DNA of 64,000 nucleotides from an uncultured Micavibrio sp. (GTDB lineage Bacteria; Pseudomonadota; Alphaproteobacteria; Micavibrionales; UBA2020): NCBI GenBank assembly GCA_964551435.1, contig CAZKBS010000001.1, positions 143,565 to 207,564 of the forward strand, read 5' to 3'. Shown piece by piece: positions 27,642 to 36,852 of this stretch (position 1 is its first letter; each line of letters starts with the position of its first letter). The notes under the pieces were generated by a model. It saw only the letters and a program-made list of their open reading frames with translations, ran no database searches and was not told where the DNA came from. The position numbers and the translations under genes were made by a program.

Positions 27642-27724
27642 TTATTTCATAGCCTTGTAAGTCTGCACCCCCGCACAGACGGGGAGAGGCGCCGCTTGAC
27701 TCTCCCCGAAGATTATGGAATGTT

Positions 27725-29479
27725 ATGCATCATACACGACAGGACACGCTTTATATGCAACCACCGCGCCCATGGCCGAACCCACCGCCGCAGAACCATC
27801 CGGAGTTTTATCCGGCGGGGCTTTTGACGGCCTATGAGCCCGCGCGCGGCGGCCACGACCGTTTTTTCTGTCACGGCCTTGCGCCGAAATCGCCGCAGGT
27901 GCGCATCATGTCGGCAGCGGTGCGCGGCGATGCGGCGGATTTGCGCGCGGCGCTGGCGCAGCATGCGGACATCACCCCCGATTTCATGAACGGCAATGGC
28001 GTCACGCCGCTGATGGTGGCGGCGGCGCGCGGACATGTCGAGGTTCTGAATATTCTGGCCGACCATCCGCTGACAAATCTGTCGCAGCAAAACCGCAGTG
28101 GCTGGAGCGCGCTGCACTACGCCGCCTACTTCGGAGAGGCGCAGGCCGTTACGACATTGCTGCGCCGTCAGGCCGATATCGGCATCCGGAACGCGGCAGG
28201 CGAAGATGCCTTCAGCCTTGCAAAGAACGACAAAACCGCCGAGGCGTTCTGGAGCTTCAAACCCTTCGTGCGCTATTTGAAAAAGCAAAATCCCGCGCAT
28301 CCGCGCCTATCGTCCCCGCAAGCGGTACCAACGCAAAAAGCAGAAACCCCGCCCGCCGCGCCGCCGCCGACGCATGAAACACCGCGCAAGACAGAACCGC
28401 TGTCAGCCGTTTTTTTACGCGCCGCATTGAACGTCGGGCTCAGCACCGCCGCCGCCGAAGGTGTGTGGCGCGAGATGCAAAAAAATATCCAGACCCACAA
28501 CAACGCTCCGCTATTCGAAGCTTATGACCACATCGAACACGCGGCGCAAGCGGCAGGCAAACGCGGCACGGCTATCCGCTTTGACTGGGACGGGCTTTTG
28601 GCGACGGCAGCCGTAGCAGGCAATATCCCCGCGCTGGTATTCATCGCCCAGAAACGCGATTACATGGACAGCAAGCCGCTCACAAACGCACTGGCCACCG
28701 TCATCCGCACGCAGACCGACACGCCGCAAACAGCAGAGGCGGTGCGCTGGCTGCTGCGCTGGGGCGCGGATGCGAATGCCAACGCAAAAATACTGAAAAC
28801 CGGACAGACGTCGGGCACGCTGGCCTATCAGGCCTTCGCGCGCAAACTGCCGCATGTGTTCGACGCGATCTGCACGCAGGCGGGAGATCTGAAATCATGG
28901 CATGTCAAGCCCGAACAGCTGAAATGGGAACAGGAAATCGATAAAATCTACAGCGATTATCCGCCCGAACCGCCGCGCGATGCCGATGCGCGCCGCTGCA
29001 TCAAGGCGCTGTCGGAAAGTATCGCCGTTTTGAAAATACGCCGCGCCCTGCATCATGCCAGTCACGAAAAACTGACCCGTCATCTGGCCGATGCACTGGG
29101 CGACGGCGATCTCCGCCGCGTTTGCGCCGTCTATGCGGAGGCGCGGACCGACCGCCTGCTGCGCGGCGCGTTCAACGTGCCCAAGCCGCTGGGCGCCGCC
29201 GCAATGCTGCTGGCACTTGAACACGGCAAGCTGGGCTTTGCGAAAAACCTTGCGACCGACGGGCACAGCCTTCTGCATCTGGACAGTAGCGCCGCCGCAC
29301 GGCTGGCACGGCTGGCGCAGCTGTCGGAAAAGGCAGATGCGCCGCTTCAGGATTTCCTGCGCGCGCAAAAAAGCGGCGCACGCTGCGCACCCGATCTGCT
29401 GTCGGTGGACGACAAATATAAAATGCTGCGCGGGCAGGCGGCGCGCTACCCCGTCTCCGGGCGCGGTTTCGGGTTTTAA
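27725..29479 (+). CDS. Ankyrin-repeat protein with long unassigned C-terminal region
   Basis: Repeats include GVTPLMVAAARGHVEVLNILADHP and GWSALHYAAYFGEAQAVTTLLRRQADIGIRN. Degenerate repeats follow further on. Start uncertain. Confidence 0.75.
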   Translation: MHHTRQDTLYMQPPRPWPNPPPQNHPEFYPAGLLTAYEPARGGHDRFFCHGLAPKSPQVRIMSAAVRGDAADLRAALAQHADITPDFMNGNGVTPLMVAAARGHVEVLNILADHPLTNLSQQNRSGWSALHYAAYFGEAQAVTTLLRRQADIGIRNAAGEDAFSLAKNDKTAEAFWSFKPFVRYLKKQNPAHPRLSSPQAVPTQKAETPPAAPPPTHETPRKTEPLSAVFLRAALNVGLSTAAAEGVWREMQKNIQTHNNAPLFEAYDHIEHAAQAAGKRGTAIRFDWDGLLATAAVAGNIPALVFIAQKRDYMDSKPLTNALATVIRTQTDTPQTAEAVRWLLRWGADANANAKILKTGQTSGTLAYQAFARKLPHVFDAICTQAGDLKSWHVKPEQLKWEQEIDKIYSDYPPEPPRDADARRCIKALSESIAVLKIRRALHHASHEKLTRHLADALGDGDLRRVCAVYAEARTDRLLRGAFNVPKPLGAAAMLLALEHGKLGFAKNLATDGHSLLHLDSSAAARLARLAQLSEKADAPLQDFLRAQKSGARCAPDLLSVDDKYKMLRGQAARYPVSGRGFGF

Positions 29480-29749
29480 CCCTGCGCGGCATTACGTCAA
29501 GCGCGTCGTGACAAATAGCTGATTTTCAAAAAAAGACCGATTATGGACGCGCGTCCCGTTTTATTTGATGCGGCGGCGCATCCACGCGATATGGGGGGAT
29601 AGCGCGCCCAAAGCCACGAGATATTGTGACCATTAACCGGATATTAAACCCCTGCGGCCTAATCTGGTGCCGCACAGCGCCCCCGCCTATTTGCGCCGTT
29701 GATATTTGTACGTTAGTCTTTTTATGGGGGTGTCGGATCGGGGTTTCGT

Positions 29750-30307
29750 ATGCGTCTGAATGACTTGTTCAATACCATCACCGGCAACAATATCGACAAA
29801 CGCAACGACGCGGGGGAAACAAAACTCTACCGCGCCGCGCGCGAAGGCAACGTGGGCGAAGTCAAACGGCTTCTGCGCGCGGGGGCTGATCCCGATATTG
29901 CCGACAGCCACGGGCTGACGCCGCTGCATCAGGCCGCCTATTGGGGTGAAACGGAAATCGTGAACCTGCTGCTCAAGGCTGGCGCCGCGCCCAATCTGGA
30001 TAACGGTCAAGGCTGGACGCCGCTGCACAGCGCGGCGCTGGCGGGCGGCATGAAAAGCCGCAAAGAGATTATCGCGCAGCTGAAATCCGCCGGCGGCAAA
30101 GACGATATCACTGATAAACACGGCTGGAGCGCGCGCGATTACATGTCGCTGTGGGAAGAAAACGCCGACGCCGCGCAAAAACTGAAACACATCACCGGCC
30201 ACGGCTGCATGCAGGGCGCGGATGACACCAAACGCACACCGAATACGCCTGCTGTGCCGCCGCAAAACGGCGTGAAGCCCTGCGGCCCGCCCGCCCCGCG
30301 CCACTGA
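29750..30307 (+). CDS. Ankyrin-repeat protein
   Basis: Repeats include GETKLYRAAREGNVGEVKRLLRAGADPDIAD, GLTPLHQAAYWGETEIVNLLLKAGAAPNLDN and GWTPLHSAALAGG. Confidence 0.85.
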   Translation: MRLNDLFNTITGNNIDKRNDAGETKLYRAAREGNVGEVKRLLRAGADPDIADSHGLTPLHQAAYWGETEIVNLLLKAGAAPNLDNGQGWTPLHSAALAGGMKSRKEIIAQLKSAGGKDDITDKHGWSARDYMSLWEENADAAQKLKHITGHGCMQGADDTKRTPNTPAVPPQNGVKPCGPPAPRH

Positions 30308-30458
30308 AAATCTGCCGCAGACGCCCGCGCGCCAAAACCGGACAGACCGGTTCGGATTATTATTGCACCGCAAGGCGTTTTGCCTGACACTATAAGTATG
30401 TAAGGGATTCTTCCGCACGCGCAGGCGCGCGGATTTCAGGCAACAAGGAGCCGCACAC

Positions 30459-31025
30459 ATGGAAAGCTGGATGATCTGGGCAGGACTTGGCGTTATCGCG
30501 CTTTTTCTGGTCGTTCTTTACAACCGTATCGTCGCGCTGGTCCAGCGCCGCAAAAACGCGTTTTCCGATATCGACGTGCAGCTGAAACTGCGCCATGACC
30601 TCATCCCCAATCTGGTGAACACCGTGAAGGGCTACGCCTCGCACGAAAGCGGACTTTTCACCCGCGTGACCGAGGCGCGCGCCGCCGCCATGCGCGGGGG
30701 CAGCATCGCCGACCGCGCGCAGGCCGAAGGCATGCTGGGCGCAGCCATGATGAACCTGATGGCGGTTGCCGAAAACTATCCGCAACTGAAAGCGGATTCG
30801 AATTTCCAGCAATTGCAGGCAGAGCTGTCCGACATCGAAAACAAGATCGCCGCCGCGCGCCGTTTCTTCAACAACGCCACCAGCGAATACAACACCGTTA
30901 TCCAGCAGTTTCCGGCTGTGCTGATCGCACGCATGTTCGGCTTCCGCGAAGAAGTGTTCTTCGAGCTGGACGCGGCGGAAAAAGATGCCGTGAAAACGGC
31001 ACCCAACGTCAATTTCGGCACCTGA
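30459..31025 (+). CDS. lemA: LemA-family membrane protein
   Basis: RBS AAGGAG. N-terminal TM. Motif ENYPQLKADSNFQQLQAELSDIENKIAAARRFFN is typical of LemA. Confidence 0.85.
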   Translation: MESWMIWAGLGVIALFLVVLYNRIVALVQRRKNAFSDIDVQLKLRHDLIPNLVNTVKGYASHESGLFTRVTEARAAAMRGGSIADRAQAEGMLGAAMMNLMAVAENYPQLKADSNFQQLQAELSDIENKIAAARRFFNNATSEYNTVIQQFPAVLIARMFGFREEVFFELDAAEKDAVKTAPNVNFGT

Positions 31026-31084
31026 GGCGCTACGCCGCACATATATGCGCCAAAGCCAAGGGCACGAAAAATTGAGGGCGTGAC

Positions 31085-32428
31085 ATGTTTCTCCGCTCGG
31101 CGGGTCTTGCGACCCATATCATGAATAACCAGATAAAGTCCGTGATCTTGCTCATGGGCTTTCCCTTCCTGCTGCTGCTGATGCTCGGAGGATTTTTTGC
31201 GTCGATGAGCGCGCTTCAGCAGGCCAGCGGCGTTTACCGCCCCGTGGTCGAAGGGGCGAATACCGCACTGAACGCGCAATGGATGGTTCTTGAAAACTTT
31301 ATCCGCGCGGACGAGGTCATTTCCGATACCGCCGCCGACCGCCCGATACGCCCCGATACACGGCAATATTCTTCATCGGCGCCGTCTTCGTACTACGGTT
31401 ATGGCGTAAACGGGCAAAAAAACATCAACTGGCAGCTCGCGCTGCACGACGGTGTCTATGGCATGATACGCCATAGCCCGATTGCGATTGGCGTGACGGC
31501 TATCTGGTTCACCATTGCGTGGTTTTTTCATGGCGCGATGATCAGCGCGGCGGCGGGCGCAAAGCCGGTGACACGCGCGCAGATGCCGAAAATTTACAAC
31601 ATGCTGGAGAACCTCTGCATCGCGCGCGGCATACCCATGCCGCGTTTCGAGGTTGTGGATAGCCCCGCCCTCAATGCTTTTGCCGCGGGCATCAACGACA
31701 AGACATATAAAATTGTGCTCACGCGCGGCATCATCGAAGCGCTGCGCGACGACGAGCTTGAAGCCGTCATCGCGCATGAACTGTCGCATATCCTCAACCG
31801 CGATGTGCAGCTGCTGATTATTTCGGTGATTTTTGTGGGCATGATCAGCTTTTTTGCCGAAATGGCGTGGCGTTCGCTGCGCTATGGCGTGCGCCCCGCA
31901 TTTTATGCCGGCAGCAACAACAAAGAGCGCGGCGGCGTCGCCCTTGTCATGCTGGTTGCGGCCATTATTCTGGGCATCGGATATCTGTTTGCGCTGGTCA
32001 TCCGTTTCGCGCTGTCGCGCAAACGTGAATTTCTGGCCGATGCGGGCGCGGTCGAGCTGACGCGCAACCCCGAAGCCATGATGCGCGCGCTGATGCGCAT
32101 TTCGGGGCAGGACAAAGTACGCGGCATGCCCGACGAGGTGCAGCAGATGTGCATCGAAAACAGCCAGCGTTTCATGGGCATGTTCACAACCCATCCGCCG
32201 ATTGCCGCGCGCATTCAGGCGATTTCGGCCATGACCAATACGCCCGTGCCCGAACTGCCCGTCACCCTGCGCCGCCCGCCGCGCCGCCCGTGGGAAGGCG
32301 GCACCCCGCGCGAAGAGCGTCCCATCGCCCCCGGCCGCCTGTTTCCGGACAACGCGCATGCCGCATCCGTCCCGCCGCAAAGACCCCCAAGCGGCGATAT
32401 TTCACCCGGCAATCCCTGGGCCCGCTGA
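31085..32428 (+). CDS. M48-family (HtpX-like) zinc metalloprotease with Pro-rich tail
   Basis: RBS GAGGG. Motif HELSHILNRD plus downstream REFLADAGA (Glu ligand context). Multiple TM helices. Confidence 0.8.
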   Translation: MFLRSAGLATHIMNNQIKSVILLMGFPFLLLLMLGGFFASMSALQQASGVYRPVVEGANTALNAQWMVLENFIRADEVISDTAADRPIRPDTRQYSSSAPSSYYGYGVNGQKNINWQLALHDGVYGMIRHSPIAIGVTAIWFTIAWFFHGAMISAAAGAKPVTRAQMPKIYNMLENLCIARGIPMPRFEVVDSPALNAFAAGINDKTYKIVLTRGIIEALRDDELEAVIAHELSHILNRDVQLLIISVIFVGMISFFAEMAWRSLRYGVRPAFYAGSNNKERGGVALVMLVAAIILGIGYLFALVIRFALSRKREFLADAGAVELTRNPEAMMRALMRISGQDKVRGMPDEVQQMCIENSQRFMGMFTTHPPIAARIQAISAMTNTPVPELPVTLRRPPRRPWEGGTPREERPIAPGRLFPDNAHAASVPPQRPPSGDISPGNPWAR

Positions 32429-32500
32429 CGCCGCAAGCCGAGTTCAAAAATAAAACCCATTATCATCATGGACTTAGGTAAAACGGTGGTCGATTTTGGG

Positions 32501-32529
32501 TTGCGGTACAGTCCACATTTTCATATAAT
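32501..32529 (+). promoter_or_regulatory. Sigma70-like promoter candidate
   Basis: TTGCGG (32501..32506), exactly 17 nt, TATAAT (32524..32529). Located 38 nt upstream of the ATG at 32567. Confidence 0.45.
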
Positions 32530-32566
32530 GTACCCATCTGTTCATCCCAAACGCACGGCCTGATTC

Positions 32567-34174
32567 ATGAGCGCCCCGCAAAACCGCCCTCAGCCGCACC
32601 AGCCTGCCGCCGCCACCAGCGATGCGGCACAGCGCGCGGCGGTGGAACGCCTGCGCATTGCCTTGGCAGACGCGCTGAAAGACGGCGACCTCGACCGCTC
32701 GCGCAGCTATCTGCGCATGACCCCGCCGCATATCGCGCGCGGCGCCGTGATGGCCCTCGGCGCGCCCTATCTGAAGGCGATGCAAAGCGCGACCCATGTC
32801 ACGCTGGACGGCAAACAAGGCCCCGCCGCCGCCAGACAGTTTATTGATGAAGAGCTGAAACCGCTGGTCGCGCGCGAAGGCCGCCGCCCCCTGCCGCAAA
32901 AAACGCCCGCCGGCCATAAACCGCCCAAGCCGCCGCAAAATAAAAACAGCCTGATGCGCCGCCTTGCCCGCGGCACCGCAATGGTTGCATTGACGCTGGG
33001 TCTTTCAACATCGATGGTCATGGAAAGCACCATCCCCGCCAGCAGCAGCGAACCCACTACGGATACGGTGCAGGTGGTGGAATCGTTGCGCACGGATGTA
33101 TCCCAGCTGCGCGGCGAATTCAGCAAAACATCTCTGGGCCGCGATATGCTGGCGCTGGCGGATGCCAACGGCATTTCGATTGTCTATGACGACGCGCTGA
33201 GCGGCACCACGCTGCTGGGGTCGTATAACGCGGATACCAAATTGCTGCGCATGAACCCGTCGCAATCCATGGCGGAGCAGGTCATGATTATGGCGCATGA
33301 ATTGCGCCATGCATGGCAGGATGTTGTGCTGGGATACGGCGAGATGGAAAACCGTCTTTTGACGCCGCAGCAGCAATGGACGCTACGCCGCTATCTGGAG
33401 GCCGACGCCTTCGCGTTCAGCGCCTATTTCATGGCGGAGCGCATGCTGGAGCTGCCGGAGGCGGAGCGCCCCGACGGCCTGCGCGAAATGGCCGCCGCGC
33501 ATTTGCTGCATGCGGAATTTGCCTCCGACGACGGGCTTACCAATGAAGAATACCGCCGCTATGCCCTCGACCGCATGTTCGAAACGCTGGGGGCGAGTTA
33601 TAACCAAACGCACCTGCGCCTTGCCCACGCACAGAACAAACCGTTCGATGAAGACACCAAATTCGCCCAGCAGTTGTTGCGGCGCGGCGACATCGACGGC
33701 GCGCTGGTAATCATGCGCGGCCTGCAGGAGCGGATGAACACCACGCCATCCGCACAGGCATTCGACGAATATCTGCGCCGGTTTGGCGGCATGTCGCTGG
33801 ATCCTGCGCAGCAAACGGCCTTGCAACCGTCCCCCGCCGCCGCCGCGGCCAACCCTGACGCCACAACCACCGCCGCGCATACGGCGCCCGCCGCACCCGA
33901 AGCGCCGAGCGGCAACAGCAGCGACAGCGCGGTGAATGCGCGGGTCGCCGCGGCCGAGGCGCTCAACCAGACCTTCCGCGCGCTGGCGCAGGAAATGACC
34001 CGCTATGTGGAGCTGGAGCGTCAAATGGCGATCCGTGCCGGCAAGCCGACCACGAATTCGCGTTTCATCCCCATCGCCCCGCAAAACGGACAGACAGGCG
34101 AGACCCGCGCCGAGCACACCCCGCCACCCGCCGCCGGCAGCGCCCGCACGGCTCCCGGCCCAAAAGCACCCTGA
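32567..34174 (+). CDS. HExxHxxQ metalloprotease-like protein with internal signal-anchor (paralog family member 2)
   Basis: HELRHAWQD begins at 33296, with LEADA 30 aa after the second His. Hydrophobic anchor RRLARGTAMVALTLGLSTSMV at aa 131-151. Ala/Pro-rich C-terminus. Confidence 0.7.
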   Translation: MSAPQNRPQPHQPAAATSDAAQRAAVERLRIALADALKDGDLDRSRSYLRMTPPHIARGAVMALGAPYLKAMQSATHVTLDGKQGPAAARQFIDEELKPLVAREGRRPLPQKTPAGHKPPKPPQNKNSLMRRLARGTAMVALTLGLSTSMVMESTIPASSSEPTTDTVQVVESLRTDVSQLRGEFSKTSLGRDMLALADANGISIVYDDALSGTTLLGSYNADTKLLRMNPSQSMAEQVMIMAHELRHAWQDVVLGYGEMENRLLTPQQQWTLRRYLEADAFAFSAYFMAERMLELPEAERPDGLREMAAAHLLHAEFASDDGLTNEEYRRYALDRMFETLGASYNQTHLRLAHAQNKPFDEDTKFAQQLLRRGDIDGALVIMRGLQERMNTTPSAQAFDEYLRRFGGMSLDPAQQTALQPSPAAAAANPDATTTAAHTAPAAPEAPSGNSSDSAVNARVAAAEALNQTFRALAQEMTRYVELERQMAIRAGKPTTNSRFIPIAPQNGQTGETRAEHTPPPAAGSARTAPGPKAP

Positions 34175-34274
34175 TTATACGCGCACCGCCGCGGCGCGCA
34201 TAAAGCCACTCCCTTTACTTTTATGACGCCGCGCCGCATGCTGGCAGTGAAAAGATTTTTGGGGAATTTTTTGC

Positions 34275-35033
34275 ATGAAAATGTTTTTGGTCTGTCTCGC
34301 GCTTGCCGCCGCGATGTGTCTGCCTGCCTTCGCGCGCGCAGCCGATGTCGCCCTTCCGGCAGCGGGCATTTTGAACATTCCCGCGGCAGGGCTTGGCTAT
34401 ATGCTGGTCTTTTTTCACGAACTCGGCCATACCGCCGCGTTCTGGCTGTTCGGGTATCCGGCGGTGCCGACGTTCGATTTCACGTATGGCGGCGGCTATA
34501 CGCATGCGCAGGCACAATCGTGGTTTATTCTGGGGTGCCTCTGGACGGCGGCGGTTCTTCTGGGTGCGCGGCTGTGGCAGGACATGCAATACCGCGCCCT
34601 GATGTGGCTGGGCGGTGGCGTGCTGGTACACGGTGCCCTGATGCTATGCGGCGGAGACATGATTGTCATCGGCTTTGCCGGCCATGCTGGCGAAGTATTG
34701 GTGGCCGCGTTTTGTTTGCTGCGCGCTTTTCTGAACACGACAGACAAGGCGCGCGGCGCGGCGGAGCGCTGGCTGAACATGCTATTTGGCTGTTTCGTTC
34801 TGCTCTATGACACGATTTTTACGGCCGCGCTGATGTTTGATGATGCCAGCCGTGATGTGTACGCCGCCCAGAAAGGCGGACATCTGGAGGGTGATCTTGA
34901 CCGCGTCGCCCTTGCGCTGCATGTGCCGATGCCGGCGGTTGCCGGATTTTTGCTTTTGGTGACCTGGGCCGTTTTCGCCTTTGCCATTATTTACGGGCGC
35001 AGGCACGCGCCCCATGCGGAATATCCGGCCTAG
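34275..35033 (+). CDS. Membrane protein with HELGH motif (M50B-like intramembrane metalloprotease candidate)
   Basis: Signal-like N-terminus. FFHELGHTAAFWLFG lies within a hydrophobic helix. Several further TM segments. Later GDLD. Confidence 0.6.
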   Translation: MKMFLVCLALAAAMCLPAFARAADVALPAAGILNIPAAGLGYMLVFFHELGHTAAFWLFGYPAVPTFDFTYGGGYTHAQAQSWFILGCLWTAAVLLGARLWQDMQYRALMWLGGGVLVHGALMLCGGDMIVIGFAGHAGEVLVAAFCLLRAFLNTTDKARGAAERWLNMLFGCFVLLYDTIFTAALMFDDASRDVYAAQKGGHLEGDLDRVALALHVPMPAVAGFLLLVTWAVFAFAIIYGRRHAPHAEYPA

Positions 35034-35050
35034 ACGGACATCAAGCCAAG

Positions 35051-35935
35051 TTAGGCCGTGGTGCCGCCCGCTGGCGATGCATTGCGGCGACGCAGATTTG
35101 TGCTGATTGGTTTAATCGCGATATCCTCGTCAAGCGCACCGGCTTCGGCGGCGCGTTTACTGGCCACTATATCAAACTCGTTTGCTAATTTTTCTTCGAG
35201 CATTTCAGCGAGCGTCACACGCTGTTCTCCCGTCATCCTGTCGATGTCTTTCATCATTTTTTGCTGAGGCGTTTGCGGAGATGATGCGCTTCTCTCCAGC
35301 CTATCGATAAGGGCTTGCTGTGTCTGCGCAGGCAATGTGCTGAAGTCCTTGCATATACGAAGCACCTTTTCATCCTCGATGGCCTTTGCCGAAGGAGGCA
35401 CCGCCGCCGGCTGCGCGGGCGCGGGCGGAGAATTTTTGAGCTGCTTGTGATGTTTAAGGGCCTGCGCCGTGCCGCCAATAACGCCGGGTACAACGCCGAC
35501 CACGACACCAACGACAACCGCGGCGGCAGCAATCGTCGTCGCCAATACAACCGGGGCAGCCAATACCGCCACCGTCGCGGCCGCGATGCCGGCCGCGCCT
35601 GTTGCGGCAACCTGAGCCACCACGCCAGCGCCTGCAAGGCCCGACCATGTACCCGCCCCGGCTGCAATACCGGCACCCAACCCGGCAAGTGCGCTACCGA
35701 TACCGTTTATGATGTTTATTTCCACAAAACTGCTATCGAAAATATTGCGGTAGATACGCGAGATGCGCGAGCGCTCCAGCTCGCGTTGCGTGCGGTATTT
35801 ATCGTTGAAAGCATCCTTGACCGCATAGACATAACTGCCCGTCGCAGTCAGCACCGTCATAGCTATATTTTTAAGCGGCTTGGTCAGCGGCGCCGCATAG
35901 GGGTTTGCCCAGAAATCTTTGAGTTTTTTCAGCAT
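35051..35935 (-). CDS. Gly/Ala-rich hydrophobic-domain membrane protein (Inc-like)
   Basis: About 80-aa G/A/V block (GIGSALAGLGAGIAAGAGTWSGLAGAGVVAQVAATGAAGIAAATVAVLAAPVVLATTIAAAAVVVGVVVGVVPGVIGG), followed by a polar helical tail. Confidence 0.65.
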   Translation of the reverse strand: MLKKLKDFWANPYAAPLTKPLKNIAMTVLTATGSYVYAVKDAFNDKYRTQRELERSRISRIYRNIFDSSFVEINIINGIGSALAGLGAGIAAGAGTWSGLAGAGVVAQVAATGAAGIAAATVAVLAAPVVLATTIAAAAVVVGVVVGVVPGVIGGTAQALKHHKQLKNSPPAPAQPAAVPPSAKAIEDEKVLRICKDFSTLPAQTQQALIDRLERSASSPQTPQQKMMKDIDRMTGEQRVTLAEMLEEKLANEFDIVASKRAAEAGALDEDIAIKPISTNLRRRNASPAGGTTA

Positions 35936-36074
35936 CTGCGCCCCGAATATGTCGTTAAATAACGAGATAATTATACTTTATTTTTTACATAAAATCAAAA
36001 ACGGGCGACGAAAAAAGGGGCCGCCGCCGAAGGGCTGCCCCCTTTTTTCGCTTTTATTCAGTGCCTTGGCCGTA

Positions 36075-36692
36075 TCAGCCGCCAAAGCGGTCGGTCACAA
36101 CGATTTCGCCAAGGGGCAAGAATCCGCCTTTGCCGCGCGCGGGGGCGATTCCCTTGCCGATGGCCAGCAGCATGCCGACGGCGTGATCTTCCGGCAGGTT
36201 GATGATCTTGCCGACCGCATCGATATCGCAGCCGATCATGGGGCAGCTGTCATAGCCCATGTCCTTCGCGGCGAGCATCATGGTCTGCGCGACCAGACCG
36301 ACGGAGCGCATGGCTTCGTCACACGCCAGCCATTCGCGGCCACGGTAAAAATCGCCGATGGCTTTGACAAGAAAATTGCGCACATCATCGGGCGCGTTTT
36401 GCCAATAGCGTTCGGGCTGTTTTTCCCATGCCTTCAGATCGGCGCAAATCACCAGCATCAGGCTGGCATCGGTCACCTGCGCCTGCCCCCATGCGGCGTC
36501 GCGCAGTTTCTGGCGCTGCGCGGGGTCTTCCACCTTGACGAAGCGCCAATGCTGGATGTTGAACGACGACGGCGCCTGCTGCGCCAGTTCGAAAAGTTTT
36601 TGTTCTTCCGCTGCCGTCATTTTATGCGCAGGGTCGAACGATTTAACGGCGCGGCGCGCGCGGATGGCGTCTTGGGTGGCAAGGCTGGTCAT
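36075..36692 (-). CDS. Nitroreductase-family protein
   Basis: ATG at 36692 is preceded by AGGAGA. Motifs IRARRAVKSFD and SSFNIQHWRF. Confidence 0.85.
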   Translation of the reverse strand: MTSLATQDAIRARRAVKSFDPAHKMTAAEEQKLFELAQQAPSSFNIQHWRFVKVEDPAQRQKLRDAAWGQAQVTDASLMLVICADLKAWEKQPERYWQNAPDDVRNFLVKAIGDFYRGREWLACDEAMRSVGLVAQTMMLAAKDMGYDSCPMIGCDIDAVGKIINLPEDHAVGMLLAIGKGIAPARGKGGFLPLGEIVVTDRFGG

Positions 36693-36852
36693 ATGTCTTC
36701 TCCTGATGACGTAAAATATTTGCTGCGCAGAACATATGCCGCCGCGCGGTGAAAACAAGGCCGAAAACAAAAATCCCGGCCGCGCAGGCCGGGATTTTGC
36801 CGGTATCCAGAAAGATACAATCCAGCGGTATACGAAAGCATACCGCCTTTGC

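Noticed and set aside
30336-30352. AACCGG-ACAGA-CCGGTT hairpin after the 29750 ankyrin gene
   Set aside because: The stem is short (6 bp) and the T-tract is poor, so it is too weak to call a terminator.
36011-36048. Possible terminator AAAAAAGGGG...CCCCCTTTTTT downstream of the nitroreductase gene
   Set aside because: The outer A/T and G/C arms pair, but the inner region does not form a clean stem by eye. I did not list it as a feature.
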